A DNA stretch of 64,000 nucleotides from Epiperipatus broadwayi (lineage: Eukaryota; Animalia; Onychophora), in contig JAQFVV010000003.1 of NCBI GenBank assembly GCA_028023455.1, positions 24,366,001 through 24,430,000 on the forward strand. The letters are read 5' to 3'. A model generated the notes under the pieces. That model had not been told where the DNA came from. It worked only from the letters and a program-made list of their open reading frames with translations, and did not search any database. Of the stretch, positions 13,303-27,394 are shown in pieces (position 1 is the first letter of the stretch; every line of letters starts with the position of its first letter). Position numbers and translations under genes: made by a program.

Positions 13303-15469
13303 TAAAGAGATATTTAACTAGAATGTATCATCTCCATATCATTATTTAGTATTAGAACATGTTGAAATCTTGTAATCAACTTTTAGTCTTAAATATGAAT
13401 CTAAAAGAATGAAACACCTCGTCCCTATTTAGATATTTGGATTTAATTTAATTTAAAATAAATTTACAAACTATGTGTTGACCCTAATTAACTTTTGGAG
13501 CACTTTTGATTTCTTTAATTGGGAGCAACTTCTGAATTCACTGAATCAAACCAACTTTGGATTTTAGAGATATCTACAAGGGGGCATTTCCCTTGTCTTC
13601 TTGCCTTTAGCATTTTTGGTTTTTGCAACCTACCCTAATTCTTTCATCAAATAGTTTGAAATAACAGTGCAAGTGATTTTATTTAAAGATGTATTACAAT
13701 GTATTATTAATTATTGCCAAACCTGTTTCAACAATGGATCATTTGTCAAATTGGCAGCACTTTTCTCCTTATAACAGATTATCAATGAGTAACAATGTTC
13801 TTGTTTCTTTAAGACTGAACTTAAATCTTTTTTAGACATTCCAGTCAATATGCCAAAGATTTAGAATAGTTGCCTGATTAGTAGATAAAATTTATAATAG
13901 CCAAATCCTTTTTATTTTATAAATTTACTAAGAATTAAAATAGTTAATATTCTCCTGTTCTGTTTACTCATTCTGGGATCAACTATTTAATTTCTCTGAC
14001 AATGTCATGGGACTTTGAAACTCTTTGTTCCAAGTGAACAAAGTAGAAGAGTTTTAGTTAATTTAGGAATAGACATAATTTATAAGTTGAAAAGAATTGG
14101 TTAACATAAAGTTCTATTTATCAATCAACTTTCACTTAATATGTCTTATTTTTTTATTGTCAAGAGTGTGTTAAGTCTTATGTGTCTAAGTTAAACATTA
14201 TATAAATAATAATTCAAAAATACACTTATTGAATTCAAAATAATATGGTAAAAAGCTTTTCAGTTATTATATAGATTTTTCCCCCAAATTATGTAATATA
14301 TGTTTTTTTGCAATTATGTAGATTATAATGTTGTGAGATGAAATTTCTATTTGTTAATTATTTTTAAAACTTTTGCTATATATACTTAAAATATAATCAT
14401 GGGCTTAGTGCAAATAGATGTCTTTCATAATTATAGTAAAGGTCACATCATATTACAATTATATTTTTTTATTTTTACAATCAATGCATTAACATTAACT
14501 TAAGGCTGATAAAAGTAGCTGTCTATGGCCCATCTATTTGAAAGACAAATTCTAAGCCTGTTTGTGACTGAAAAAAATTGAAGGTATGTCCATATTTATG
14601 CCATGGGACATTTTTTACATTTAAGCAGCAAAAAACATTAAATTGTTAATATGTTTTTGTTATTTTGAAAAGAAGAAAAAAATCTCAAATAAACAGCTCC
14701 TTATTCCATTAATAGATAGAAGTATTGTTGTGGTTTCAATAGAACTATAATAGGCCCTTAATTAAGAAGCATAAAAATTTATGCTTTCTATGCAAAACTG
14801 TAATAAGTATATTAAACAATAAATGATTTCACCACATTCTTTTATTATTAGTCTGGAAATAGTTGTCAAAACATTTGCTGTAGTTTAAAATGTACAGAAA
14901 TCAATTTTAATTTTTTTTAGTTATTTGAAAAGATGAGTTAAAGAGTTAATTAATTTATCTAGTTGGCAATTTGTAAAAAAAAAAAAAAGTAATGTGTCCT
15001 ATTGAAAGAAGAATTTCAGTTTATGAAACAAAAAATTATGTGCTAGAAATTGAAAAGATTTTTTGATTGTAAACTCATTAACAATGATTGATGTCAAATA
15101 ATAATGCTTAAAGAACTGGAAAAAGATTCCAGCCTAGACATTTTCTAGCTATAGAAACAAAGATTGATAGAGTAAATTGTGTTCAGAGAAGATTCACCTT
15201 CTGTTTGTTACTGGCACAGTTTGAGTAGGAAATGTCAGACATATATTGATGTTCACAGAAGTTGTTTTTTTTGTAAGCAACTATGATAACTCTCATTGAG
15301 ATGTATACTGAGAAAACAAGAAAAAATAAATATAACTTTAATGCATTTTCATGATGAGCATCAAAAGCAATTGTCATATTCAAAACAACAACAATAAAAA
15401 ATAATTATATATTTAAGTGTCTATGCTACAAACTATTGTGTTTTTGTTTTGGGATGATAGCTTTATAAT

Positions 15470-15730
15470 TAATCAAAAAGGTAAAAAGAGGATGGTGAAA
15501 CTGCTCTCAGATCCAAGGCTCCTTAATGATAAAAGTCATAAGCTAGAAACTAGTCTGGGGATATTAGATGACAAGACACTGGATGGGATCAAAATGCGCA
15601 ATCTTTTAGCTATTCATTAATATAGTTTGCACTAGATGGCACTATTGTGTGGAGAATTTGCTACTGTTTTAATAGCTTGTGTAAGCATAAGAAAAGGTGA
15701 TCATGTGATGTTTTAATGGTTTAACCATAC
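15470..15730 (+). mobile_element. Family A 5'-truncated copy with decayed HHR (15520-15561)
   Basis: CTGCTCTCAGATCCAAGGCTCCTTAATGATAAAAGTCATAAGCTAGAAACTAGTCTGGGGATATT...GCATAAGAAAAGGTGATCATGTGATGTTTTAATGGTTTAACC. Confidence 0.85.
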
Positions 15731-16329
15731 TGACTTGAATATTATTAGACATTCTATTAATCACTGAGTTTACATTATTAATGAACCATGCTTTTTTTAT
15801 TTTGCATTTCCTTACATAATGTTCTGTGCAAACTATCTGTCCTTTAGAATTAAAAGCATGACCAAATATTATTTTGTGTTATAAAAATATCATTGATACT
15901 GCAGGATTTATTTTAGCTTTATTATATATAAGATGTTTTAATCTTGCAGTGACCTCAAAAAAAGCATTAAAAAAGATAATTTAAAAATATATCTGATGCA
16001 GAATTATAAACTATATATATATATAACTAAAACTGAAACTATTACACAGTTGCTAGACTTGTATCAGACCTGTATAACCATAAAAAAAGTGACTGTTAAA
16101 TATGCAGGTACAGTCCATTGTTTTTCACTGAACGTGACCAATAACTAGAAAGTAGACTGGAGATTTGCAAATATTACTATCTAATATCCAGTGAATTATT
16201 GATTTACTTCAATTAAAGCTTCTAAATATATTGAAATGAGTTTGGATTTTTAGATTAAAGAATAACTTATAATTTCTTTATATACCTTCATGAATTATTT
16301 TTTACAATGCAATCAAATAAGATGTATTC

Positions 16330-16435
16330 CATACTATTTTCTCACAGTTTCAACTGATCAGCAGTCTTCATCAGAACTACAATATTCAAATGTATAATAT
16401 GATCATACAATTAGTATATATTTATACAAAAGATT
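16330..16435 (-). mobile_element. Family B HHR-core-bearing repeat
   Basis: Minus strand reads TGTATAAATATATACTAATTG..GAATATTGTAGTT CTGATGA A GACTG CTGAT CAGTT GAAAAC; homologous to 24838-24935 (+). Confidence 0.65.
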
Positions 16436-16919
16436 AATATGTATAAAATTATTAAAAATTTAAAAAGATATATAATTACTGAGTACATTAAAATATTTAT
16501 ATATGCAGAGTATTATATATAGTGGAGCTGTGAAGTATGTAATATCTACACACAATTTTCATATAATGAAAGTTGTGTAGTTAGATATCACTCTCCAAAA
16601 CAAATGTAAACAAGCAAGTAATAAAAACAATGAGATTTGTGAACTTATTAAATGTTAGAAATCTTATTAAAATGGCAGCTATTTTTTTTTCCTTGCTAAA
16701 TATAATATTTTCAAACATTGAATTAATATGGTCACATTTCCTTTGCAATTTAAATAGTATACCTATTCAGTTCTGAACTATCATTAAAAGCACATGTACT
16801 GATTGTTTCCCTAGCATTTTTTTTCTCAAAAAGTTTTATCCTATACAATACATCTTTAGTAAAAAAAAAAAACTGTTTATTTAGAATCATGAATGATAGG
16901 TAATTCAAAAAAATATGTT

Positions 16920-17280
16920 ACTTTCATAAAGTAGAAAATGAAAATTATTGATTTAGTAAAAGAAGAAAAAAAGTCTTAATAAGAATTGGGCCATATGTAT
17001 AAAAAAATGAATATGTTATTAATGAAATAATAAAGAGGGAGAAACATATTTGTGTTATTGTTGTTTGAGCCCCTAAAACATCTAAGGTTCTAAGCAAAGT
17101 AAGAAACAATTTTTTGGTCAAAACTGAAAAAGTCTTAAATCTATGGCTGGATGACATGAATCTTAAGAATGTTCAGATTGATGGAATTGTATTGCATCAG
17201 AAAATATTAAGTCTTTACAAGAATATGGAACAAACAATTCACAGCAAATAAAGGGTGGCTTCAAAAGATTAATAATCTAA
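16920..17280 (+). pseudogene. Tigger/pogo (CENP-B-like) transposase N-terminal remnant
   Basis: Translation ..KMKIIDLVKEEKKS**ELGHMYKKNEYVINEIIKREKH..APKTSKVLSKVRNNFLVKTEKVLNLWLDDMNLKNVQIDGIVLHQKILSLY..FTANKGW follows the Tigger HTH_psq/HTH_Tnp_Tc5 pattern. Confidence 0.85.
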
Positions 17281-19519
17281 TACTTCCATTGTCCATTTTA
17301 TAATTAAAAAAATGATAAAGTTTTATTACAATATTCTTTTTTTTTATAAATTTATTGAACACACACATACTTCTGTAAATATATATGTAAATGTGCTTTA
17401 ATAAGCATTACTATATTATTATTTTTAAATTTTGTGTGTACTTTTAATTTATATGTGCACACTGTAAACACCAAGCATTTATATACTTACAATACAATAA
17501 ATAATATGCATTCTATTCTAATCATTGTTTATCAACAAAAAGTTAGTTATTACACACTATTTTCACTGGAGAATTTGGAACAAAATATAGTGTAGTTGTG
17601 TCTCCAATGTATAATGTGTTATATGATTATATTTAGTTCCATTGCATGGATGAGAAGCGCCGTTGTTCATTAATACCCCATCCCATTCTATGAAATAAAA
17701 TTTGTAAATTAAAAGACATTTTTTCTTAGCATTTTCTCAAGAAAAATAATTAAATATAGCTTTAATCATTTAACATGTTTTGTAAATACCTTACATGTTT
17801 TATTCATTTATTTTTATAAAATAATTCTGGAGATTAAAACACATGCCAAAATAAAACAAATTAATGTTTAAAAAATATTTATCTAGTAAATTTGAAATTT
17901 TTAATTTTTTCTCTCAAAAGTTTACATATTATTTTTGGACAGATTCTTCTAAATTGCTAGTAGAAATACAAAATATCTGCAAATACGATAATTTTTTTAA
18001 ATATGGTTTTTATCATATAAACTAACTACCACACACACATAATGAAAACATTGCTCCTTCACCTTCTACAGTCAGAGTATTCTTTGGAATGCTTTGCTTC
18101 TGAGCTCCATCCCACTTAGTGAGGATAAAAAAAGAATCCAGCTTGTCTCTCTTATTCTTTCAGAAGTATAATAGTTGTAAAAGGTGACCCAACTCTTAGA
18201 TTTCTTTACCAATATTTATATCAACTTTAACTGACATATCAATAATTTGTTAAAAATAGTTTATTTGTTTGAAAACCCATTTAAAATCTCTCATGTATAA
18301 ACTTCTTCACATTTTCTATTAAGAAAGTTATAATCCTTCAATAATAAAATATTTATATTATTATTTAAATTTTTTATGTGCATGTTATTCCACTATTAAT
18401 ACCTATAATTTATTATATATATATATAATGTGATACTTTAAATTTTTATACTTCCATTGTTTATTGATATAATTTTTATAACTTCATTAGAACTATCAAA
18501 CTAAGTCAATTTTAAATAACACGATTAATATTAATTCTTTAATCCATTAACACCAATTTGTTAAAAATAATTGTTTTAAAAATCCATTAGTTACTTTTAA
18601 TTCAGAACCTTTTACACATACATTGTTTACATTTTCTATTAACAAAAATAGAAAAATATTTACACTACTTTATTTTTTATGGCTTATTAATAATTAAAAT
18701 GGTATTATATATATCATACTTTATTATATAGTTCAACAATTAACAATTCAGCCAGAATTTATTTAAGGGAAGAAATTTTAAATTTTCATATATTGTTTCT
18801 TCGATAAATTTTTAAAAACCATTAAAATGCCTTGCTCTTTATTTTATCTATTCATAGATTATGTTGAATAACTATTAAAAAAATCAAATAATTCATTTGT
18901 TCCATTGGATACATTTTTTAGACTTTAATATAGTTCAATCATGTAGGGGTTTTATTACAATAAAGAGAATTGCACTAAATAATATGGTTATCATAAAATT
19001 TGTTAAGAATTAAATATTTTGGCATGCAATAATATCTTGAAAAATTATGTTTTTACTCATTCTGTTTTTTTTTTAGATTTGAACTGTAGCATGGATTGTA
19101 AATCAATTATGAGTTTTTATGTAGAGAACAAACCCAAGTCTACATCCAAGAAAAAGCTGTTTTAGTAAAATATGTAAAAAGATAATGTGGCATTTAAAAA
19201 AAGAATAATATCATTGTTAAAAATAAGAAAAGCTATTTAGTAAAAGATGTACAAAGATAATACAGCATAATAATAAAAAATGAAAGATAATATTGCTATT
19301 AAAGTCATCTTGCAAAAGACAGCTATGGAATCAATCCTAGGATCTTACATTCCAAAGTCTGATGCTTTATCCTACTCTAAACTGAATAATGCATGTGAGC
19401 TGTGTAAAATACCATTGATAAAGACAATTTCATCACATGCAGAATTATTGTAATTATGAGGCGATATTTTTAAAACAAGTTTTATTTTTAAATAAATTAT
19501 TAATAATAATATATTACTG

Positions 19520-22500
19520 TTGTGTACAGCCACCACAAATACTGCACTCATAATAAAGGTGGCCAGATAAACAGAAATAATTATAACTCAAGAAAGTTTA
19601 TAACTAAAATTTGACATCTATTGTCAACAAGATAACAATGGTAAAGGTTCAATTAACAATGCTTAATATATACATCTTAACATTAGTATTATACTAACAC
19701 TTATGATACTCAGCCATATAGGCATACAAAAACATAATAAAGCTAATGTGACCTGCAAAAAGTCTCTAAGTCTACTTTTGAACCTTTAGTGGTGGAATTC
19801 ACCGGGTAATCTGTAATCCTTTGAACTTTTGGCCTTGTAGTTCCTTCAGATAAACTTGACCAGTTCCGTTGATACGAGTGTGTGTGTGTGAAGACTTCAA
19901 TTCTTCTTATAGTTGAGCTTTTATTCCTTTCTCACTGCAATGTAAAGATCTAGAACATTAATTATTACCATTGTTATTTATCATTTTATTTGATCTGTAT
20001 CCAATAAACATCACTTGATCACCATTTTTCTATATGTATTGCCAATCAGTGCAATGGGTATAGAGAGTTTTGCATGTTTTAATAACAGTTATAAGCAAGC
20101 ATAAGAAATGCTGATCATATGATATTTATTGGCTTAAAACCAATCCTGCCTAATAGATTAGTGGCGGCTATGGTTATTAAAAAACCAAAGACACCAAATG
20201 TATGGGTACTGAACTGAGTTCAGACCTATATGACTGTGTAAGCTGATGAGCTTGTGGATTGAAAAATAATAGTGTTTTCAATTTAAGACTCGTAGTTTTG
20301 TAGTTAAGTAGAAATAAAAATGGCTGCTAGAGGGTTGCATTAGATCCTAAGATCTAGTCGCAGTGCTCTCAGATTCAAGGCTCCTCACTGACAAAGGCCA
20401 CAAGCTAGAAATTGGTCTGGGAATATTGGATGAGTAAGCACTAGATGGGGATTTTATGCACAAGCTTTCTGGCATCCATTGATTACTCTGGCTTGCACTG
20501 AGTGGCAATATGAATAGAGAGTTTTGCCTGTTTTAATTGATCTTTATCCTGGTCTATTTTAAATATTTCCGATGTGAAAACACTTAAATCAAAATATTTT
20601 AACTTTAATATTTTTACTTTGTAAAACTTTTACTTTTATTTCAACCTTAACATAATTATTTATTATATTCTAAATACTTTATTTTATTTATAGTTTTTCA
20701 GAAATTATAGTTTCTGAAGTCTCACATAGTATTTCAAATACTTTGATTCCTTCTTATTTCTTTGGGATCTCTGTGTGTGTGTGGAGGGGGGGTTTCTTTT
20801 CAACAGTAATATTCTCATTTTCTTTGTGCTCTTCATTTACTTCCATTCCTCTATGTAATTTGGAATGTCTGGCACTAAAGCACTTCCAATTCAATAAATT
20901 TCTCTTTCCAACACAGGACATGATTTACATATTTTCATGTGGTTTTTTCTATTTTTATCTGGACGATTATCATTTGTTTTGATAGTTGCTCCTGAATTAT
21001 GTCTTTTATTTAGTACCTTCTGAGAACATCTCTTATGTAGAAGTTTCTCCGTTGGTATATCTCATTTTTGCATTGTTGTTTTCATCATGTTTTTTAACTG
21101 GAAAGTCTCAAGCGGAGATTTACCACTAATACATAATGATGTACTATACTGATATAATAAAGCAGAATACAAAGTTTCTTGTATTTTCGCAGTATTTTCT
21201 TTACATAATGTTTGCTTTACCATTTGTGCTGCCTTACTGCAATATCACTGAACTCAGTGTAGTATGGAGGCATGGGTATATGTCTAACTCTCCATTCCTT
21301 AAGAAAATCATGAATTTAGTGGATGTAAAATTGGTCCCATTATCTGGTACCAATGTTTCAGAAAAACAATGGAAAGCAAAAATTTCCTTAAGTTTTTCAA
21401 TTGTTTCTTAAATACTGGTATTTCTAATATTTCTATACTCAGTTCACTTTGAGTATGCATCAATTACCACCAAGAAAATATAACTGTGAAGCAGTTCAAC
21501 ATGAATGATATGAATACGGTTCCAAGCTTTTTCGATAATAGAACAAGCAATAAATTTTCTCTCTGAAACATTTGCATTTGACTTAAAAGTGACTGTGTGT
21601 TTATTGCCATTTCCTGTTTTAAACTTACATACTTTGATTCAGAGAGCATGGAACCATTCTCTACCTATCTTTTGTTATAAATAATGATAATCTACAGACC
21701 TTATTTTTAAATTCTACAGTTACGTCTATTTTTTCTAATATCATCATAACATTACCTCTAGCATTTTTCACTCTTAAACTAGTTCACATTAGTATAGATA
21801 TTTTTTTTACAATTTTTCATTACTTTATTCCAGTTTTTAATTGCCATCATTGACATGTCTGCCCCACTATCAATTTCCATGGTCATTTTTGTATCTAATA
21901 AATTTCAAGGTTAGCATAAATTGGTCACAATTTCTAATGTATTATAAACCTCATACTTTTGCTTATTTATTTTGGAAGAATGTGGTGAACTACTACATTC
22001 TTTTTTCCCCTTAATTTTACATGCTTTTTCCAAGTGACTTCATTTGACACTGGCTATTCGACATTCTTTGTTACATGTGGCCCTTTTTCGCACAACAATT
22101 TCCCTTCATCTTACTCTTAACGGGCTGATACTTAATTTCACTTTTTCTAATAAATGCTTTTTCTTCAATAACTATTTCTAAAATTCTGAAACTCCTTTGA
22201 TTAGACTAGCATTATTTCATGGGTTACTCCCATTTTAATTGCTTCTTATGTCAAGTCATTTGAGGCCAGAAACTGCTATTTAAGCCTATCATCAGATATC
22301 CTCTAAAGTAATTGTTTGAGCAGATTGTCTTCTAAGGTACCAACATAATTACAACTCTTAGAAAGTTCCCTCAATGCTTGATTATAGTCACATATAGGGT
22401 CTCCTTTATTTTGCCATCTATTTCTAAAGTGTAGCCTCACTATATGGTTTGAAGGTTGGGGACTGAAATAACGTGATCACAAAGCTGATTTGCAGTTTCA

Positions 22501-23460
22501 ATTACTTGTTGCCTGGCATAACATAACAATTTACTGTTTCAATAATAAAAAAAATTTCTCAATCCTCTTGACATAAAGTTGACAATCGGAATGACTATTA
22601 ACATTAAACTCATTTATAGTTACTTGTGGCACAGATATCAGCTTAATACCCTAATTCAAATTAATAACTAATAAGTAAAAAAAACAAATTTATATGATTA
22701 CCAACTACTTCCCAATAGGCTGACTTATCCAGGCAGTTTTAAATTACAAGATTTAACCTTATTACACCTACAAAGTTCTAGCTACTGATCGAATCCTATC
22801 TCTGAGACAAAATTACAGTTTGAATTTCATCCTATAATGGGCAGTGACAGTTTTCTGCTATATACAACTACCACAAACTCTATGACTAAAAATTGATGTT
22901 TATTGCCAATGAGATAACAACAGTAAAAATTAAATTAATAATATTTCATATATGCTTACAAAGATTAGTATTATACTAACACATATGATTCTCAGCCATA
23001 AAGGCATACAAAAAAAAAACATAATAAAGCTGGTGTGGCCTGTAAAATGTCCCTAGGTTTACTTTTGAATCTTCAGCGGTGAAATTCACTGTGTCATCCA
23101 TAGTCCTTTGATCACTCAGCCTTGTAGTTCCTTTAGATGAATGTGACCAGTTCTGTTGGTATGAATGTATAACTGAAGACTTTGAGGTGAGCTTTTATTC
23201 CTTTCTCAGTCCAATCCTAGATAGCAACACTATAGCATTAGAAAGTTCTAGACTACTATTGTTATTTATCATTTTAGTGCTCTATATTCTGGTATATTTT
23301 TTGAAATACTTCCAATATGAAAACACTCATCTTATCGACATATTTTTACTTTGTAATACTTTTACATTTATTTCAACTTTAGCACAATTATTTATTATAT
23401 TCTAAATACATTATTTTGTTTACATTTTTTATATAGCAATTTTTTATTAATTATAGTGAC
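19520..23460 (-). mobile_element. Decayed, internally deleted Gypsy LTR retrotransposon, antisense in the Pxn intron
   Basis: Direct repeats at ~19520-20700 (interrupted by a family A insertion) and ~22855-23430 act as LTRs. Gag remnant ~22450-22000 (FRNRWQNKGDPICDYNQALRELSKSCN..LEDNLLKQL, decayed Zn knuckle). Integrase remnant ~21700-20950 (..ETIEKLKEIFAFHCFSETLVPDNGTNFTSTKF..). LTR ends are approximate. Confidence 0.8.
20003..20536 (+). mobile_element. Family A, more-than-unit-length copy (454-nt period) with HHR at 20382-20423
   Basis: TAGAGAGTTTTGC recurs at 20061 and 20515. Short inverted piece at ~20008-20028. Flanking direct repeats TTGATCTGTATCC (19990-20002) and TTGATCTTTATCC (20537-20549). 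Confidence 0.9.
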
Positions 23461-24837
23461 AAAAGAACCTCGATCTATTTGGTTTTATGCAATGGTAGAG
23501 TATATATGAAATGTATTTCCATCGAGAAATTGTCACAACAAATCTAAGTAAAGAAGTATTCCTCTTATATTTAAATAAAAAATATTTACAATCAGAATGT
23601 GTTTTTAATAATAAAGAGATCTGGACATCTACACATTTATGTTTAAGTTTTCTTAATTGTCATGACAAAATGGCATCACCCTGTTCAATTTAGCACAATG
23701 ATAAGAGTATATATGTAGTTTATTTCGAGTGTCTTGAAATTCTAGGCACAGGCAATTGTCACAATAAGTCTAAGTAAAAAAAGTATTCCTCTCTTCTTTA
23801 ATCCTCATGCAAGTTGTCGATTTTTGTTCTCAGTTATTGTAAATGTTCAACATTAAGATTGAACCATTATCACTTATCAGAAAATAATAAATTTGACTTC
23901 ATTTGATAGATATTTTTGTTTACGACTGATATAAATTCTGAATATTCACATTTTATTCCTGAAAATATTTTAAAAAATGAGATCATAATCAAAACAAAAA
24001 CTTATTATATCATCATTTCTAGAAAGATTATTTTGGTTTTTTAAAATCAACAAAATCTTCATTATTTGTCTTTTTTTAAAAAAAAAAAAAATATGAGTTA
24101 ATATTTATTTATTGATCTTGTATCTAACAAATTATGCTATAAAAGTTTTTTTTTTCAATATTTATTACAAAAATATATTTTTAGACTGATTACATAGGAA
24201 GCTAAACTTGTAAATAGCTTCAGGGTGTATTTGCATTGTTCAATAATATAACATTATATTTTTGAAAATAAAGTATTTCTGTTCAAAATAAATTATTAAT
24301 AATTTATACTATTGATTTGTAATAAATATTGTATAAAAAGTATCTAGAATTGTAATAAAATTGCAAATAAATATGTTTTTGGTTATTCAAACTATTTTCT
24401 CTAAACAATGTCATACAAATGGTGACATCAGTAAAATGTCAGATTACAAAGCATCGCATGTTAAGGCGGTTAGAGTGAAGAATTAAATCTCTGTTACATT
24501 GGCTGAATTTTTGATTTTCTTGCCATCTATTGAATTTTTTGAAACTACAATTTTATATTATAATTTATATAGAAAAATATGCATATTTCAATATAAAGCT
24601 TGAAAAAATTCTGACTAGGGAGCGAATTACAAAAAACACATGAAAATTGAATGGACACATCAGAGGATTAAATAAAAAATATTTCCACTTGGAATAAATT
24701 TTTAATAATGAAGTGATTTGAAAATGTAAACATTTTCATTTACATATAGTGACTTAGCACTCTTATGATAAAATGCCTTTGTGCCTCACACCATCTGTAT
24801 CCCCACACATAGTGGCCCTGATTATATCTATTTATGT

Positions 24838-24935
24838 ATGTATAAATATATACTAATTGCATCGTCACATATAATTGAATATTGTAGTTCTGATGAAGAC
24901 TGCTGGTCAGTTGAAACTAAGAAAATATCAAGTAA
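24838..24935 (+). mobile_element. Family B HHR-core-bearing repeat
   Basis: GAATATTGTAGTT CTGATGA A GACTG CTGGT CAGTT GAAAC TAAG; matches 16330-16435 (-). Confidence 0.65.
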
Positions 24936-25952
24936 TAAATTTTTATTTATTCTAAAAAGGAATTAATGAAAGTGTACAAATGGTATTATATAGGATAATT
25001 TGCACATTAATTGTAAGCATCAAATTTAATAAAACAATCATATGATTAGTTACACAGTAGATCATTTGATTTTCATTGTGACAGGGTGAGCATAACAGTT
25101 CATTCAATTGGCAAACACTTTTTCCTGCTGTATTTAGTTAAAAATTAATTCAGGGACCTTTAACTAAATTGTATAGGGTACAGAAGTAATAATTTTCTGT
25201 TTAATAAAAAATAATTATTTTAAATAAGAAGCACACAAAGCTAACATATAAGTTGATCTACTGAAGCATTTTACCTTCTAAGATTTTATTATAAAATGTA
25301 TCATTTGATGCTTAATGATCATATCAAATGACTTCCTTATATGCTTACTGATATGATTCTAAAAACTATTCTCTTCACTCTATTCTAAAGCCAACTACTG
25401 TAAGCTTGAGTAATCAGTGGATACTAGATTGTGCAATGCTATAATATTTCCACACTGTTTTCAGGCTTTTGTATATTCAAAGCTGAAACTTTACACATCT
25501 TCAAACAACTTTTTATTTTTGATATGCTATTTAAGCTAATAGCCTTGAAAGGACATATGATTAAACATATAAGAAAATCATGTATATTATTATTGTTGTT
25601 GTTAAGCTTTCTAGATAAAAAATGAAATGGTTGGCATAATACTGAAATATATAGCAACTGATATAACATTAGATCTATATAACTATGCAAGCAAGTTGAT
25701 TTAAAGTTCAAAATTTTAGTATCGAATGAAAGGCCATTTAAAGATTTGATTTTTATGTCTACTAAAGGCAAATTTTTCCCAAGCATTATTGTTATTAAAC
25801 ATTATGTCTTGCATAAGTAATAAACTTAATACCCCCCTCTCTATTGCTAATAATTAATTGATCACCATAAAGGGTATGGTTTAATATTTACTAATCTATC
25901 GAAATAAGATTTTTATTATAATTCTTTCAGTTTATAACATTTTTTTTTTCAG

Positions 25953-26197
25953 AATGTAGTAAAAGTGGAGATTTTAATTCATTAACTCGACATATAAGAT
26001 TGAGGCGATCAAATGAGTATAGCTATCCAGAAGATAAGCCTTCATTTTCACAGACATTACCAGTGCAAAATACCACAGAAAGAACATTAAGTGATTTTAG
26101 ATGGGATGATCCTTCTGATATTGTTGAAGAAAGAATAGAGGGTATGGAAGTCATGGTAGAGCAGCTGAAGAAAACAATGAAACAGTTAACAAGAAAG
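25953..26197 (+). CDS. Pxn: Peroxidasin exon: linker with RLRR site and predicted coiled coil
   Basis: TTTTTTTTTCAG acceptor, AAG|GTAAGG donor. The 1-nt overhang of the previous exon plus AA gives Glu, so phases match. Encodes (E)CSKSGDFNSLTRHIRLRRSNEYSYPEDKPSF...VEERIEGMEVMVEQLKKTMKQLTRK. Confidence 0.92.
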
Positions 26198-26924
26198 GTA
26201 AGGGATGTTATATGACATTGTTAAAAGATTTAGGTCTATGGTTTGTAACTTGTGACCCATGAACCTTGGGGATCTTTGGTGACAATAGGGCATGTTTTGG
26301 AAGAAATGTTGTGAGCTTTTACAGTTTAAAAAAAATGAATAAAGACATTAAATGGAAGACTTAATTTTTTTCATTATTTGTATAAAAGTTGATTTTTCTA
26401 ATCAATTGTCTCCATTAAAAGCAAACAAAAGTAAAAAATGGTTATGAAAATAACTTTTTGATAGCAAAAATTAGAATTTTAGGATTTTTGTGTTTTTCTC
26501 ACTTAGGTGCTTTCTACATAAAGGAGGGCAGCCTTTAGTATATGTCTAATTTATTTTTAAAAAAATTTAATTTCACACTAATAAACATTTAAACGCTGCT
26601 GCATGATAGTAATATGATTTAAAGGGGGTCAAATCATGAAAAAGATTATAATTTTTAAAATCACATTTTGGAACATTGAAAATAATCATCTAAAAGTTTA
26701 CTAATATTAAACAGGCAAAACTCTCCATGTTCCAAGAATCTTCATTTTTTAACATTTAATTTCTTCCAGACAAATATCACTATTATTGAATTCATAATGA
26801 ATGGATTATAGTATTTGAATTATTATTAATTGAATCATGGCCAAATAAATTGCTTATTTATGTTTATGTATTAACATATATACAGTTTACATATACTTTT
26901 TATAATATACAGGATATATGAGCA

Positions 26925-27125
26925 CAGACTTTCACACCACTCTTCACTCTATCTCATAACACTGATACACTTGAACATATATATGTCGAAAAGACAAATA
27001 ATCACCAATATACATATTTCATGCTAAACCAGCAATCATCAATTGGTTCAGATTACCATCTCTACACATACATGCTATAAGTGCTCAGATATATATTAAG
27101 ATAGCCAATCTTCATACTTTAATGG
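26925..27125 (-). mobile_element. Family E repeat with decayed HHR at 27004-27047
   Basis: Aligns with ~51850-52030. Minus strand reads ACCAA TTGATGA TTGCTG GTT TAGCAT GAA ATATGTAT A TTGGT. Confidence 0.8.
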
Positions 27126-27394
27126 ACAGGCTTCAATTCACTCGACCCTCCAACTCTTCAACCATCCATCCAATTGAAAATCTGATGATGGAATGTTCAA
27201 AGGTCACCCTGAGGATTTCCAATATATTAAAATATTATATGTGCATGCTATAACATTCCATTATCTTATTATTTTAATTTGGTAAAAATATATTAAAGAT
27301 AAATAGTACTAATAAAACAATCAATTGTGTAATTAATATTATCATGAAGTTGTATTTTATAATATTATGAATAAGAGTATTTTTATATCAATAT

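Noticed and set aside
14485-14765. TTAA-flanked GG..CC segment as a Kolobok/piggyBac MITE
   Set aside because: The terminal match is only ~3 bp; insufficient evidence.
20230-20290. CTGATGA...GAAA in family A as a second hammerhead
   Set aside because: No helix II or helix I pairing, ATTGAAAA is sequestered in a hairpin with TTTTCAAT, and the 62-kb copy reads CTATTGA.
25439-25786. 115-aa minus-strand ORF, the longest in the track
   Set aside because: Low-complexity AT-rich composition, intronic and no recognisable motif.
26000-26215. ORF-track 71-aa protein as a standalone gene
   Set aside because: It is the in-frame part of the Pxn exon 25953-26197 reading through the donor.
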